Of a stretch of 64,000 nucleotides of DNA, positions 49,567-63,122 are shown one piece after another. The number at the start of each line of letters is the position of its first letter. Positions within the stretch are counted from its first letter, which is position 1. The stretch comes from Octopus sinensis (taxonomy: Eukaryota). The notes below the pieces were generated by a model. It saw only the letters and a list, made by a program, of their open reading frames with translations, had not been told where the DNA came from and did no database searches. The DNA lies in the NCBI RefSeq assembly GCF_006345805.1, contig NC_043015.1, positions 53,072,001 to 53,136,000 on the forward strand, given 5' to 3'. A program made the translations under genes and the position numbers.

Positions 49567-50210
49567 GTACAACAACAGCAGCAGCAACAGCAAAGACAAC
49601 AGCTCTATTGATAAATAATATGATAAAATATCGATCGACTGGAGCGATGCAGGGAATCGACTTCACCAATGTTATCAGCATCAAGGAACAACCAAAGCCA
49701 GAAAGAAGAAACAGATTTGAACTTATTGTCAGAATGGCGTCGAATAGAATGACACGGAAGTGACGCCTGTATACTTCATTCATGCGTGGCAACATTGTCT
49801 TCGAATTTAACCAAGTCATGTTACTTCTCTCCGTCCTAAACCTTGCAGGAATTTTACAATAGACTCTTGTTGAACAAATAACATTTGAAGCTTCAGTATA
49901 GAGAAGAATGGAAATGTCATTCTCTCCATTGGATGTATTCTTCTTAATCCTGTATAATGCCACGCTCGCCGGAAATAATCTCGTGGATTTTTGTGCCACC
50001 GTATGATTCTCAGATGGAGAAATGGTTGGCGTTTGTTTCCTTTAGGTCAGTGTCCGAATTGTATTCTTTGGAACCTGGGATTGCGGCAAAAGCCATTGAA
50101 CCTTTCACTTGAGCTATTTCTAACACTCTCCCTGACCTCATCACGGCGTGACCGACGTTCTTTGTTCTCGAGGTGGCGATGCTGGCGACGCTGTTGACGA
50201 TGACGCCACC

Positions 50211-50260
<50 letters not shown>

Positions 50261-51024
50261 CGACGACGACGACGACGACGATGATGATGATGATGATGAC
50301 GATGATGACGACGACGATGATTACGATGACGACGACGACGACGACGACGATGATGATTACGATGATGATGATGAGGATGATGACGACGACGATGATGATG
50401 ATGACGACGACGACGACGACGACGATGATGATTACGATGATGATGATGAGGATGATGATGATGATGATGATGTTGATGAGTTTTATCATTATCACGACTA
50501 TAGTAACATTATTGGTACTGCTGATTAGGATTACTATGATGATGATGATCATCATCATCATCATCATCATTATTATGATTGCAGCGCCATTATAACAACA
50601 GGCACAGTTATCCCCCATTATCGTCGTCACAAGAATTATCACCACCACCACCACAACCACCACCTCTACCATCATCATCATCATCGTCATCATCGCCCTA
50701 CTCCCACTATTAACATCATCATTGTCATCATCAGTATTACTACATCATCGTCGTCGACGTCATCACCATCGTCATTACCATATTTCCCCTTCCCACCATC
50801 ACCACCACTACCACGACTAATTTCCTTATCACTACACCATCGTTGTTGTCATCATCATCATCACCACCAGCACCAGCACCAGCACCACCACTAGCACCAG
50901 CACCACCACCACCACCAGCACCACCACCACCACCACTACCATCATCATCATCACCACCACCACCAACCACCACCGCCGCCACCACCACCACCACCACCAC
51001 CACCACCGCCACCACCACCAGCAC

Positions 51025-51065
<41 letters not shown>
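50211..51065. repeat. Compound trinucleotide tract (GAT/GAC)n, (CAT)n, (CAC)n
   Basis: Direct inspection. Source of the poly-D, M, I and P ORFs. Confidence 0.9.
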
Positions 51066-51431
51066 CTTCCTTTGAAGTGCATCAACAACACATTACTAAT
51101 TGATTCAGAGACATTTCTATCTTTAATGCTGCGAATTTCTCAACTCTGTTGAGAAGCATATGAAGAGTTACGTCGCAGTTTCGATTCCTGAACGTAACGA
51201 TTTCACTTCAATTCACTTCATGTCACTTAGGTTATTCTTATTCTTCAAAGAAAGCCTTAACTTCATGGAATCTCATTTCTTCTGACCACTCATACTAGAA
51301 GTCATCAAGCGGCAGTTATTGATATTTTTCTTTTTTATTTCTTTGCTCCAGCTCAACCTCGCCCAAACAGACAATGAATAAGGACGCTCCAGTTATGACA
51401 ATCCCATAAGCTTGCTTCCCAGCCACATATA

Positions 51432-51603
51432 GACGCAGGAGTGGCTGTGTGGTAAGTACCTTGCTTACCAGCCACATGGTTCCGGGTTCAGTCTCGCTGC
51501 GTGGCGCCTTGGACAGGTGTCTTCTACTATGGCCTCGGCCCGACCAAAACCTTGTGAGTGGATTTGTAGACGGAAACTGAAAAGAAGCCCATCGTTCATA
51601 TAC

Positions 51604-51642
<39 letters not shown>

Positions 51643-51699
51643 TGTGTGTATATGTGTGTATGTGTGTGTCTGTGTGTGTGTATGTGTGTGTGTGTGTGT

Positions 51700-51731
<32 letters not shown>

Positions 51732-52580
51732 TGTGTGTGCCTGTCCAACAGTGATTGCATCATCCATACTCTCAACAATGCGCCCTTAAATATGGTTTCT
51801 GATTACAAATATCTTGGGTCATATATATCATCATCTGGAAAAGACTTTCTAACTAGAAAGGGTATGGCCTGGTCAGCCTGTAATGACATGCATAAGATCT
51901 GGTCATCAAATCTAAGTAGAGACTTCAAACTTGAAATCTTCAAAGTCACAGTCGAACCAATTCTACTATATGGCTCAGAAACCTGGACGTTATCAAAGAA
52001 GCTTGAGAGGTGGTTGGATGGAACTTACACTCGCCTCCTTATGAGAGCTCAAAATCTCTCGTGGAAGCGACATCCAACCAAAATGCAAATATATGGGAAA
52101 CTACCACCTGTGTCATCTCTTGTGAAAGGTAAGAGAGTCCAGTTTGCTGGACATTGTTGTAGAGCTGAAAAAGAGGTAATTTCTACTCTTCTCTGGAAGC
52201 CATCTACCCGCAATACCAGAGGGCGCACACTCTCCTACTCTGATGTAATCTCCAGGGATACAGGCATCCAGCAACAGGACCTCCGTAATGCCATGATGGA
52301 CCGTGAAGTCTGGCGTAGCATGGTAAATTCCATTGTCTCGACCACGGTCGAACAATGATGATGATGATGTGTGTTTGTCCTCTCCACCGCTTGACGTCCC
52401 CTGTTGGTATATCTGCGTCCCCATAAATTGGCGGTTCGGTAAAAAATAGAATAAGTACCCCAAAAATAAATAAATAAAATAAAATAAAAAGTCCTAATCT
52501 CCATTCATTCGACCAAAATTTTCTCAAGGCGGTGCCCCAGTATGGCCGCCACTCCAGTGACTGAAAGAAGTAAAAGAAAA
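51432..52580 (+). mobile_element. SINE family B split by an RTE insertion
   Basis: Head and body at 51432-51746. Remainder (tgtgtttgtcc...ggcggtgccccagtatggcc...gactgaaagaagtaaaag) at 52370-52580. Confidence 0.88.
51747..52369 (+). mobile_element. 5'-truncated RTE-clade LINE: open ORF C-terminus (~200 codons) plus (TGA)n tail
   Basis: DYKYLGSYI...VEPILLYGSETWTL...FAGHCCR...RGR...DREVWR. The stop codon at 52356-52358 is the first unit of the tail. Confidence 0.93.
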
Positions 52581-52804
52581 AATCGAAGCAATGTCCTAAG
52601 ACAAATTGCAGGACGGGGGGGGGGGGCAACGCGGTGGATAAACGACTCCGTTGTTCACTAACGTTTATTCATCGACCTTGGAAGTGCGAAAAGCGCCATC
52701 AGTGGGATTTGAACTTAGACCATAAAGAGAAATCATTTTCATTTCCAGATCTTTTCTTGGTCATCGTACAACTCTTCCTACCTTTCCTTTATTAAAATAA
52801 GGGT

Positions 52805-53230
52805 CTAAAATTTTGGCGCAAGGCCAGCAATTTCGGAGGAGGGGGTTAAGTCAATTACATCGACCCCCACAAAGGCGGCGAGCTGGCAGAAACGTTAGCA
52901 CGCCGGGCGAAATGCGTAGCAGTATTTCGTCCGCCGTTACGTTCTGAGTTCAAATTCCGCCGAGGTCGACTTTGCCTTTTATCCTTTCGGGGTCGATAAA
53001 TTAAGTACCAGTTACGCATTGGGGTCGATGTAATCGACTTAATCCGTTTGTCTGTCCTGTGTTTAGCTCGTTGTGGGTAGTAAAGAAATAATACATCGAC
53101 CCCACCACTAGTCAACTGGTACTTAATTTAAGGACCCCCGAAAGGATAAAAGGCAAAGTGGACCGCAGCGGAATTTGAACTCAGAACGTAAAGACGGACG
53201 AAATGCCGCTATGCATTTCGCCCGGGTTGC
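52805..53230 (-). mobile_element. SINE A (tail 2) host containing a nested antisense SINE A (tail 1) at 52872-53090
   Basis: Duplication tacatcgacccc(c)ac at 52856-52870 and 53092-53105. Confidence 0.88.
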
Positions 53231-53509
53231 TAACGATTCTGCCAGCTCTTATGACACAGAATGTCTAGTTATTCTGTCTACTATAGGCGGAAGGCCTGAT
53301 ACTTTCTAGGGGAAGGGTTAGTCGGTTACATCGACACCAATGCACAACTGGTACTATTTTATCGACCCGGAAAAATCGAAAGGCAATGTCAACTTTGGCG
53401 GAATTTGAACACGGAACGTAAAACGGGGACAAGTGCCGCTATGCATTTTCTTTCGGTGTGTTGACGATTCTTCCTTCCCGCTGCCACACGACCAGTATAA
53501 AGATCCATT

Positions 53510-53915
53510 GTACTATGGGCACAAGACCTGAACCTTTTGGCGGAGGGTCTAGTCGTCTAACAGCGGCTCCAGTGTTCGACTGGTAGGCGGCGAGCTGGCA
53601 GATACGTTAGCGCGCCGGGCGAAATGCTTAGCGGTATTTCGCCTGTCGCTACGTTCTGAGTTCAAATTCCGCCGAGGTCGACTTTGCCTTTCATCCTTTC
53701 GGAGTCGATTAAATAAGTACCAGTTACGCACTGGGGTCGGTATAATCGACTTAGTCCGTTTTTCTGCCCTTGTTTGTCCTCTCTGTGTTTAGCCCCTTGT
53801 GGGTAGTAAAGAAATAGGTACTAATTTTATCGACCCCAAAAGGATTTATCGACCCTAGAAGGTCCGCCAAGCATTTTTCTCCGGTGCACTAACAATCTTG
53901 CCAGCTTACCGCCTC
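53510..53915 (-). mobile_element. SINE A (tail 2) host containing a nested antisense SINE A (tail 1) at 53586-53816
   Basis: Host sequence gactggta|ctaattttatcgacccc is interrupted, with ggta duplicated. Confidence 0.85.
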
Positions 53916-54700
53916 TTGGTGACAAGTAGTATTTATAACATGGTATATAAAGTAAAAGCAATACATATTCATAACACAGCACATGTAGCAACAGCTTGAA
54001 GCATTTAAAACACGGCATGTGTAATAGCAAGACTGCTCTTGCTGTGATATGTCATGTCGAAACCGATTACAACCGCACGTATTGGACATGGTTTTACACA
54101 AATACATTATATTCAAAGCTGCTACATGCGGCATTTGCTCACACACACACACTAATAATTTTCTAAACACTTTGCTATAAATTGAGTGAATTATTATTCC
54201 AAATGCCATGTGCTCCGTTCACAGAAACCAACATGAACCATACTAGCATTGCACATGAAAATTCAATTGTTCTTACCAATTCCTTACTTCCCCCCTCTCT
54301 CTCTCCCCATCTCCCCCTCTTCGTCTTTCTCCCTCTCCTATCTCTGTCCTCCACCCCCTCTCTATTTCTCTGTCTTTCTCAGTGTTGTGTTCTTTACTTT
54401 GCAGTGGGGTTTCGTGAAATTTTATGCATTTCATATATCATTTTTGCTTAAAAAGAATTGAGCTGTGCTGGAATTAGAATAAAATCTACGATAGCCGAGG
54501 GGTTTGAGAAGTTGAAAATTGAAAAGAATTAGAACTAATAATATTTTCAATAGTTTTAACGAAATTTTAATCAAACTACAACGCCAGCACCAGCCACCGG
54601 AGCAACAACTACAAATACAAAAACAGATATTTAATCCGACAACACCTACTTGAATAGAAATAATTACCAACTCACTCACAAATGCTATATATAATATATA

Positions 54701-54742
<42 letters not shown>

Positions 54743-54743
54743 A

Positions 54744-54811
<68 letters not shown>

Positions 54812-54947
54812 ATATATATATATATATATGTAATATTGTATATATATATATATATATATATAATATAAATATAAAAAAAAAAAGGGAACCAAGAAGTGGA
54901 TCGAAACGACGAATCGGAACGAACCTGATGCGGGGCGCTGTCAGACA

Positions 54948-55626
54948 ATAAGGAGATAAATAAAAATATATCCATACATACAAACATATATGTACGTACC
55001 TACATCTACATGTATATATACATGCATTGAAAAGACTGCCTCCACGCGCTGCTACTACACTTTCGTCCTTGCCAGCAAAAGGCTTCTTCGTTCGTCCCCT
55101 TGTGTGGTTGATTTCCTGTATTATAGTATCTTGTTATTTTCTCGTCGTTTTGTAACTAATTGTACTTTTTGTACATGTTTTTTATTTTTGCAGTTTTATA
55201 GTTTGTCTATGCCAGAAAAAAGGCTTTTTCGTTCGTCCTCTTGTGTTTGTTTTGTACATGTATTTTAATTTTGCAGTCTTATTGTTACGTCTTGTTTGTG
55301 TTCGTACTCATTTTGCCCCGCTGCTTGAAATTTTATTTTAATTCTCTCGCAGGAAGGCCTATTGGATTAGTGTTCTGTTATGCCTTCGAAACATGCCTGA
55401 CTCCTCTAGCGACAGCTGATGACGGGGGTTTTGTCCTTGTGTAGCTCGTCCTGTAATTGTTTTTTCGTTTTCCGTTCTTGTTTTTTGTTTTTTTTGGCTT
55501 TTTCCGTTTCTACGTCTTTTTGTGATGTCCTGTACTCCCGTATAATTATTTATATATGCATGTATATATACATGTAGATGTAGGTACGTACATATATGTT
55601 TGTATGTATGATATTTTTATTTATCT

Positions 55627-55632
<6 letters not shown>
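54948..55632. mobile_element. Element with ~78-bp inverted ends and a non-canonical hammerhead-like motif (PLE-like, tentative)
   Basis: 54948-55027 is the near-exact reverse complement of 55556-55632. Motif ACAG-CTGATGA-CGGGGG(TTTTG)TCCTTG-TGTAGCTC-GTC-CTGT at 55412-55454. Confidence 0.6.
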
Positions 55633-55693
<61 letters not shown>

Positions 55694-56020
55694 AATATAT
55701 GTATATATGTATATATATATAATTATGATATATATATTATATGTCTATGAATACAATGTATTTGTATGTATATTTATATAAAAATTATGGATACATGCAT
55801 AAATGTATATGTATATGTGTGGTTTGTGTCTTTACACATAGATATACGATATAAGTGTGTATATATTAGGGATATATATGCACAATATATGTATGTATAT
55901 ATATATATATATATAGTTGTAGGTAGGTATGTATACATGCAAGCATAAACATAATTTATATATAAGTATGTATACATGCATATACACACACACATGCATA
56001 TACATACAACGCATACTGAC

Positions 56021-56055
<35 letters not shown>

Positions 56056-56764
56056 AATAAACAAAAGTACATTTAAAGTTTTTGATTTACGCGTTTTCTC
56101 TCTTCTCTTTATGACGAATAATTTAGCGCTAAAATTCTGTTCGCGAAAATACTCACACATGCACAGACACACGTACATACACACCCGTATTTACACACTT
56201 ACGCAAACTCCTCGATTCTGTGTTTCTCGTAAACCGTGAAAAAAAAATAAAGTTTAACCCGAGAAATATGTTTTATGCATATTTCGTTGAACGTTGGTTT
56301 ATATAATAAATATATATAAATATACATTTATGACGATTTCTACATTTACATACTTACACACATACATACAAACATACAAACATACATACAAACGTACATA
56401 ATACATACATACATACAGTGAAACTCAAAGGGACTCAGTGAATAATTTTAAATTATTTAATACGATGTATATGTGGTATACAGTAGATGAATGTATTACG
56501 TGTTCTGTATATCTGTGTATAACATTGTTTGCATGTATGTATGTATGTATGTATGTATGTATGCATGTATGTATGTGTGTGTATGCGTGTGTGTGTGTAA
56601 TCTGTGTATGCACGCGTGTGTGTGTATATATATACAACCACACTTACAGAGTAGCACACATACATACGCACACACGCACACACATGTTTATAATTCAAAA
56701 TATGTGTTTATGTGTATCTCTGTGTGTGTGTGAGTCTATATTTAAGTGTGTATGTCCATATGTG

Positions 56765-56799
<35 letters not shown>

Positions 56800-57189
56800 C
56801 ATACTTATATATATGTGTGTGTATGCATGTATAATTGCGTATCACTGTATATACATATACATACATGCTTATATATGTATATAGTGCAGAGTGTCGCATA
56901 TATAGAGACTTTATGCGATTGATACCGTTAATTAGTTATGCTAAAGAATGCAAATTTCAGACAGCGTCAGTAAATTAAAACTGCCTGTGATAATTGCAAA
57001 GCAATATATTATATACAGTCTTCATTAGCAGGAGACTGATTGAGATAATTTACGTTGACTATGGAGACTTACACAACAATTGCTTCATTCCATCTAATTT
57101 CACAAACACACATATTCACACACAAAGAACGACTATATATATATATATATATTATATATATATATATTACAAATATATATATATTATAT

Positions 57190-57408
57190 ATATATATATA
57201 CATACAATACAAATATATATCTACATCTATCTATCTATATGTATATATATGTATGTATGTATATATATATGTATATATATATATGTATGTATGTATGTAC
57301 GTATATATATATGTGTGTGTGTATACAGTTGTTCTTACACACTTATGCCCACAGATTGTCGTCCAACGTGTGCGCATCCAACTTATAGCACACTCAGTAT
57401 TATAAGCA

Positions 57409-57450
<42 letters not shown>

Positions 57451-57923
57451 CATCCCTCTTTCTCTCTCTCTCTCTCTCTTTCACATACACACACAGACAT
57501 ATACACAGACACACACAGAGAAATACTTATACTTATCCTTTCATATATGTATACGTGTGTGTATGTATAGACACACACAGCACACACAACACACCACAAC
57601 ATATATATATTTTAAACATAGAACAGACATATGTCCTTTATCCTTTTACTTGTTTCAGTCATTTGACTGTGGCCATGCTGGAGCGCCATATATAAATATA
57701 TATATATATATATCTATATACATACAACAAATATATATCTACATCTATCTATCTATATATATATATGTATGTATGTATATATATATGTATATATATATAT
57801 GTATGTATTATGTATGTATATATATATGTGGTGTTGTATACAGTTGTTCTTACACACTTATGCCCACAGATTGTCGTCCAACGTGTGCGCATCCAACTTA
57901 TAGCACACTCAGTATTATAAGCA

Positions 57924-57965
<42 letters not shown>

Positions 57966-58434
57966 CATCCCTCTGTCTCTCTCTCCTCTCTCTCTCTTTC
58001 ACATCACACACACATGACACACAGACACACACAGAGAAATACTTATACTTATCCTTTCATATATGTATACGTGTGTGTATGTATAGACACACACAGCACA
58101 CACAACACACCACAACATATATATATTTTAAACATAGAACAGACATATGTCCTTTATCCTTTTACTTGTTTCAGTCATTTGACTGTGGCCATGCTGGAGC
58201 GCCATATATAAATATATATATATAGATATACATACAAATATATATCTACATCTATCTATCTATATGTATATATGTATGTATGTAGATATATATGTATATA
58301 TATATATGTTGTATTGTATGTACGTATATATTATGTGTGTGTGTATAAGTTGTTCTTACACACTTATGCCCACAGATTGTCGTCCAACGTGTGCGCATCC
58401 AATTATAGCACACTCAGTATTTATCATCTCTCTT

Positions 58435-58471
<37 letters not shown>

Positions 58472-58599
58472 CCTCCATCCCTCTTTCTCTCTCTCCTCTC
58501 TCTCTCTCTTTCACATACACACACAGACATATACACAGACACACACAGAGAAATACTTATACTTATCCTTTCATATATGTATACGTGTGTGTATGTATA

Positions 58600-58654
<55 letters not shown>

Positions 58655-58750
58655 TTTAAACATAGACATACATATGTTCCTTTTATCCTTTTACTTGTTT
58701 CAGTCATTTGACTGTGGCCATGCTGGAGCGCCATATATAAATATATATAT
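57190..58750. repeat. Tandem triplication of a ~510-530-bp unit
   Basis: gttgttcttacacacttatgcccacagattgtcg at ~57328, 57844 and 58349; ggagcgccatat at ~57680, 58196 and 58725. Confidence 0.9.
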
Positions 58751-58823
58751 ATACACAAAATATCATCTGTTGCTTTCATTGGTTTTCATATTTTATATAT
58801 ATATACAATCTGTTGTATGTATG

Positions 58824-58881
<58 letters not shown>

Positions 58882-59057
58882 TATGTGTGTTTAATGCATT
58901 CGTTTCTGTTCTAGGCACAAGGCCCGAAATTTTGAGGGAAGGGGGGGGCAGTCGATTAGATCGACCCCAGTACTCAACTGGTACTTATTTTATCGTTCCC
59001 AAAAGAATGAAAGTCAAAGTCGACCTCGTGTGTTTAATACATTATTACACGCACACA

Positions 59058-59088
<31 letters not shown>

Positions 59089-59477
59089 CCCCGACACACA
59101 CATTTATATACGCACGAATGGCCGAACAAAGGAAGGAAAACAGCACCGAAGACTTCTATGTTTGATCAGTGTTTCCCGAGTAACAGGTTGGTTAAGTTCC
59201 TCATGCTTCTTGTTTCTGAGATTTGGTTAAAGCACGTTTTATCTGACCAGACATTGCGAAGCAAAGACGAGATGGGCGTGCCTTCCTTCACGTTCACGGA
59301 GCATATTGAGTAAGACGCCGAACTAAGCCAAAATATTTCTCGATCGATCAGTCTGTGTTTGGATGTATGCATATGTGTATGTATGTATGTATGTATGTGT
59401 GTATGTATGTATGTATGTAGATAGGTAGATGTGATTATATGTACGTATGTATGTATGTATTTATGCACGTACCTGCG

Positions 59478-59586
<109 letters not shown>

Positions 59587-59691
59587 GTCTTCTTCTGGCT
59601 ATCTTCTGTCTATCTATCACTATCTATCTATCTATCTATCTATCTACTATCTATCTATCTATCTATCTGTCTGTCCCTGTCTGTCCTGTCC

Positions 59692-59728
<37 letters not shown>

Positions 59729-59747
59729 CTCTGTCTGTCTATCTCTA

Positions 59748-59821
<74 letters not shown>

Positions 59822-59823
<2 letters not shown>

Positions 59824-60294
59824 CGAGAAGCATTGCCCGTTCGGCATAAGCTCTACAGGCACGGTTTAAGACACACTGGACCGACTTGCCCGAGATGTCA
59901 GAGCGGCGAAACGGTTCTGCACGCACTCGTGCAGTGTCCAACCATTTCGGACCTATGGGCTTATGTCAAATGGTGCAGTCACGTGTGGGACTAGTCCGCC
60001 TGTCGGCCGAGTCTATCATCTAAATTACTCCGCCACCTTCCCTCAACCGGGAAGGCAAGGCAGTCTTCATCGTACTGTTGGCCATGGTGAAAGAATCTGT
60101 GTGGTGGACTCGAGCGAAAGGATTAGAGACAAACACTTACATCTCTGGCCAATCGCTCGTCAACTTTTTCAGGTACCACTTGAAAAGGAAGGTGAGAATG
60201 GAGAGGCAGTTTTTGTCTCTTGAAAGTTTCAGAAAAAGGTGGGTGAATGTAGAGAAGATGAAGCGTGCGAGCGACGAAACCACTTTGAAATCGA

Positions 60295-60331
<37 letters not shown>

Positions 60332-60435
60332 CACTTTGCTCTCATGTGTTTATCCCCTCTCTGCCTGAGGTTACCGTGGTCTTTCCGTAGGCTTTTATAT
60401 CCACGGATAAACCTAATCTTACCTTTAACATTTTA
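59822..60435 (+). mobile_element. Tx1/L1-clade LINE ORF2 C-terminus (zinc-binding region) and start of 3' UTR
   Basis: [10 protein letters not shown]...[21 protein letters not shown] (CCHC), then KESVWWTRAKGLETNT...FFRYHLKRKVRMER...KRW. Frameshifted. Confidence 0.88.
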
Positions 60436-60792
60436 AAAACTCTTCCGTTTCCGTATGTTGAATGAAAATACATTTGATATCACTCCGCAATTGGAACCGT
60501 TCGGTTCAACGTTATGAGTCTCTCTGCAGAACTTAGTGAGGAACAACTCGACTAGTTTCGCTGCTCGTTACCAACTCATCAAAAATGTTTACAACTTCAG
60601 ATTTTACGTGGGAGCGAGAAAGAAAGAAAAGGAACTGTGCATTTGTGTGTGTGTGTGCGCGCGCTTATACGGATGTATGTATGTGTGTGTGTGCGTGCAC
60701 GCGCGCGTGTATGAATGTATGTATGTGTGTGGGGAGTGGAGGCGTGTCTATTCATGAAATGTGTGGCGAACAACAGGTATTGCTTTTAGTCA

Positions 60793-61024
60793 AGGCGGTG
60801 AGCTGGCAGAATGGTTAGCACGTCGGGCAAAATGCTTAGCGGTATTTCGGCTGCCGTTACGTTGTGAGTTCAAATTCCGCCGAGGTCGACTTTGCCTTTC
60901 ATCCTTTCGGGGTCGATAAATTAAGTACCAGTTACGCACTGGGGTCGATATAATCGACTTAATACCTATGTCTGTCCATGTTTGTCCCTTCTATGTTTAG
61001 CCCCTTGTGGGTAATAAAGAAATA
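60793..61024 (+). mobile_element. SINE family A, tail type 1, full length with 17-bp TSD
   Basis: TSD GGTATTGCTTTTAGTCA at 60776-60792 and 61025-61041. Confidence 0.95.
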
Positions 61025-61884
61025 GGTATTGCTTTTAGTCATTTGCATATGAGAACAATCATTGGCGCTAGTTTCAATCAATTAATTAATTATAAAACTA
61101 AGGTGGCATTTTTAATGAATGTTTGAGCACTCTTGCCAAAGTCGTAAATGAGTTAAAATAAGAGCGTGTAATACATTCGTGGGGAGACTGCGGCACGTGA
61201 GGCTTTCTGAACGATACCACCAATGAGAAATTAACTTTTAGTATTCCTGTTCGCCTGATCAAGAGTCATGTGTCATTACAGCCCGCTTCTTAAAAATGGT
61301 TGCCCATGTCTCTTCACCTATGTCTCTTCACCTAGTCTCTTCACGTTGTCTCTTCACCTAGAAACAGTAGCCAAATTCTCCTCAGTATCGACTTACATCA
61401 AATACGGTAAATTCTAAATAACGGCCACGGCATATAAGATAACCTTGCTCTCGTAATACCAAAAGACGGGACGGTTACGTCTGGAAAGATTTTCGAAAAT
61501 AAATTTGCTTGTTCAGGACTGGCCTGCAGATAAAGCAAAACGGTAACAGTTGCTGCCGCAGGCAGGAACAACCACAAGAACAACAGCAACAGCGTATGCA
61601 ACAACATCTACAGACTATTGTACAAGCATCGAATTTATCAAGTCATAAAACTTATAATTTAGAATGATAACAATCTCCGGTACAGGCCGGAGGCCAAAAG
61701 TTTAATCGATTCCAGTATTTGATTAATAGTTTATTTTATCGTTTCCACCTCCCAGAAGAATAAAAGAACAAAGTGGTCTTTGGAGGCTTTGGAACTCAGA
61801 ACAGAAAAAATGATTACTAAACAATGCTGGGACACAACCAACTCTACCTGACAATCTACCGATTCTGCGACATGACGTAATAAC

Positions 61885-62006
61885 ATGATAATGGATATAC
61901 AATGTTACTGTATGATAATGAATATATGATGTAACAGTACGATAATAAATATATGATGTAACAATATAATAATGAATATATGATGTAACGATAATGTAAT
62001 GAATAT
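61885..62006. repeat. Short ~27-bp degenerate minisatellite
   Basis: ataatgaatatatgatgtaac-like unit repeated 3-4 times. Confidence 0.7.
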
Positions 62007-62240
62007 ACTACTACCATTGTCGGTGTTATTAGCATCAGGTCGGTCTTTTTTGATCAAAGCTATGGTTAAGCCCGTTCATGTCCGTGACTATGGTTATCGA
62101 TCGTATCTTATATCACACATGATAATGGACGCTGGCTTAGGTGTATGGTTACGAAGTTCGTATCTATATTGTTTCGAATACGTTTCCACCGTGCGGCATT
62201 TTGGTCCAACATCTTCTAAAATAAAATAATCTTTTACATA

Positions 62241-62413
62241 GGCGTAGGAGTGGCTGTGTGGTAAGTAGCTTGCTTACTAAGCACATGATTCCGGGTCCAG
62301 TCTCACTGCGTGGCACCTTGGGCAAGTGTCTTCTACTATAGCCTCGGGCCAACCAAAGCCTTGTGAGTGGATTTGGTAGACGGAACCTGAAAGAAGCCCG
62401 TCGTATACATATG

Positions 62414-62469
<56 letters not shown>

Positions 62470-62635
62470 CATATATATGTGTGTGTTTACGTCCCCGTAA
62501 CTTAGCGGTTCGGCAAAAGAGACCGATAGAATAAGTACTAGGCTTACAAAGAATAAGTCCTGGGGTCCATTTACTCGACTAAAGGCGGTGCTTCAGCATG
62601 GCCACAGTCAAATGACTGAAACAAGAAAAAGAGTA
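62241..62635 (+). mobile_element. SINE family B, near full length
   Basis: Matches 25131-25608. Confidence 0.92.
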
Positions 62636-62804
62636 TATTGTATATAATATACACATACATTCGATAGGCCAGTTACTGTAATATTTGTCCTGAGATAACA
62701 TTAATTAAGGACTTGCTGTGTACAAAAATTTGTACCAGCAGTGGCCAGCAATAGCGCCAAATGCATTACGAACGTTTTGGGACCGTTCGCTGGGTCAATA
62801 AATG

Positions 62805-63122
62805 GTTCTCCGTCGGTTACGACGACAAGGATTCCAGTTGATTTGATCAACGGAACAGCCTGCTCGAGAAATTAAGGTGTATATGGCTGAACACTCCACA
62901 AATATGCATGCCTTGAACGTAATTCTCAGGGAGATTCAGCATTGAATATGACAAGGCTGGCTCTTTGAATTACAGATGCAACTCATTTTTGCTAGCTATG
63001 TGGACTGGAGAAACGGGAAATGGAGTGTCTTGCTCATGTGCACAACGCGTCGATGCGTATCGAATTCTCGAGCTTACGGTCATGAATCGAGTGCCCTAAC
63101 CACTAAGCCACACTCCTTCACA
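62805..63122 (-). mobile_element. SINE family C variant (same head and core as 5770-6084, different 3' half)
   Basis: Minus: GTGAAGGAGTGTGGCTTAGTGGTTAGGG...GAATTCGATAC...ATGAGCAAGACACT. Confidence 0.75.

Noticed and set aside
50148-50528. Poly-Asp acidic protein
   Set aside because: Non-ATG start, pure (GAT/GAC)n tract that is open in several frames, and no splice support.
60793-60885. SINE heads as functional tRNA genes
   Set aside because: They run directly into SINE cores and tails and do not form complete acceptor stems.
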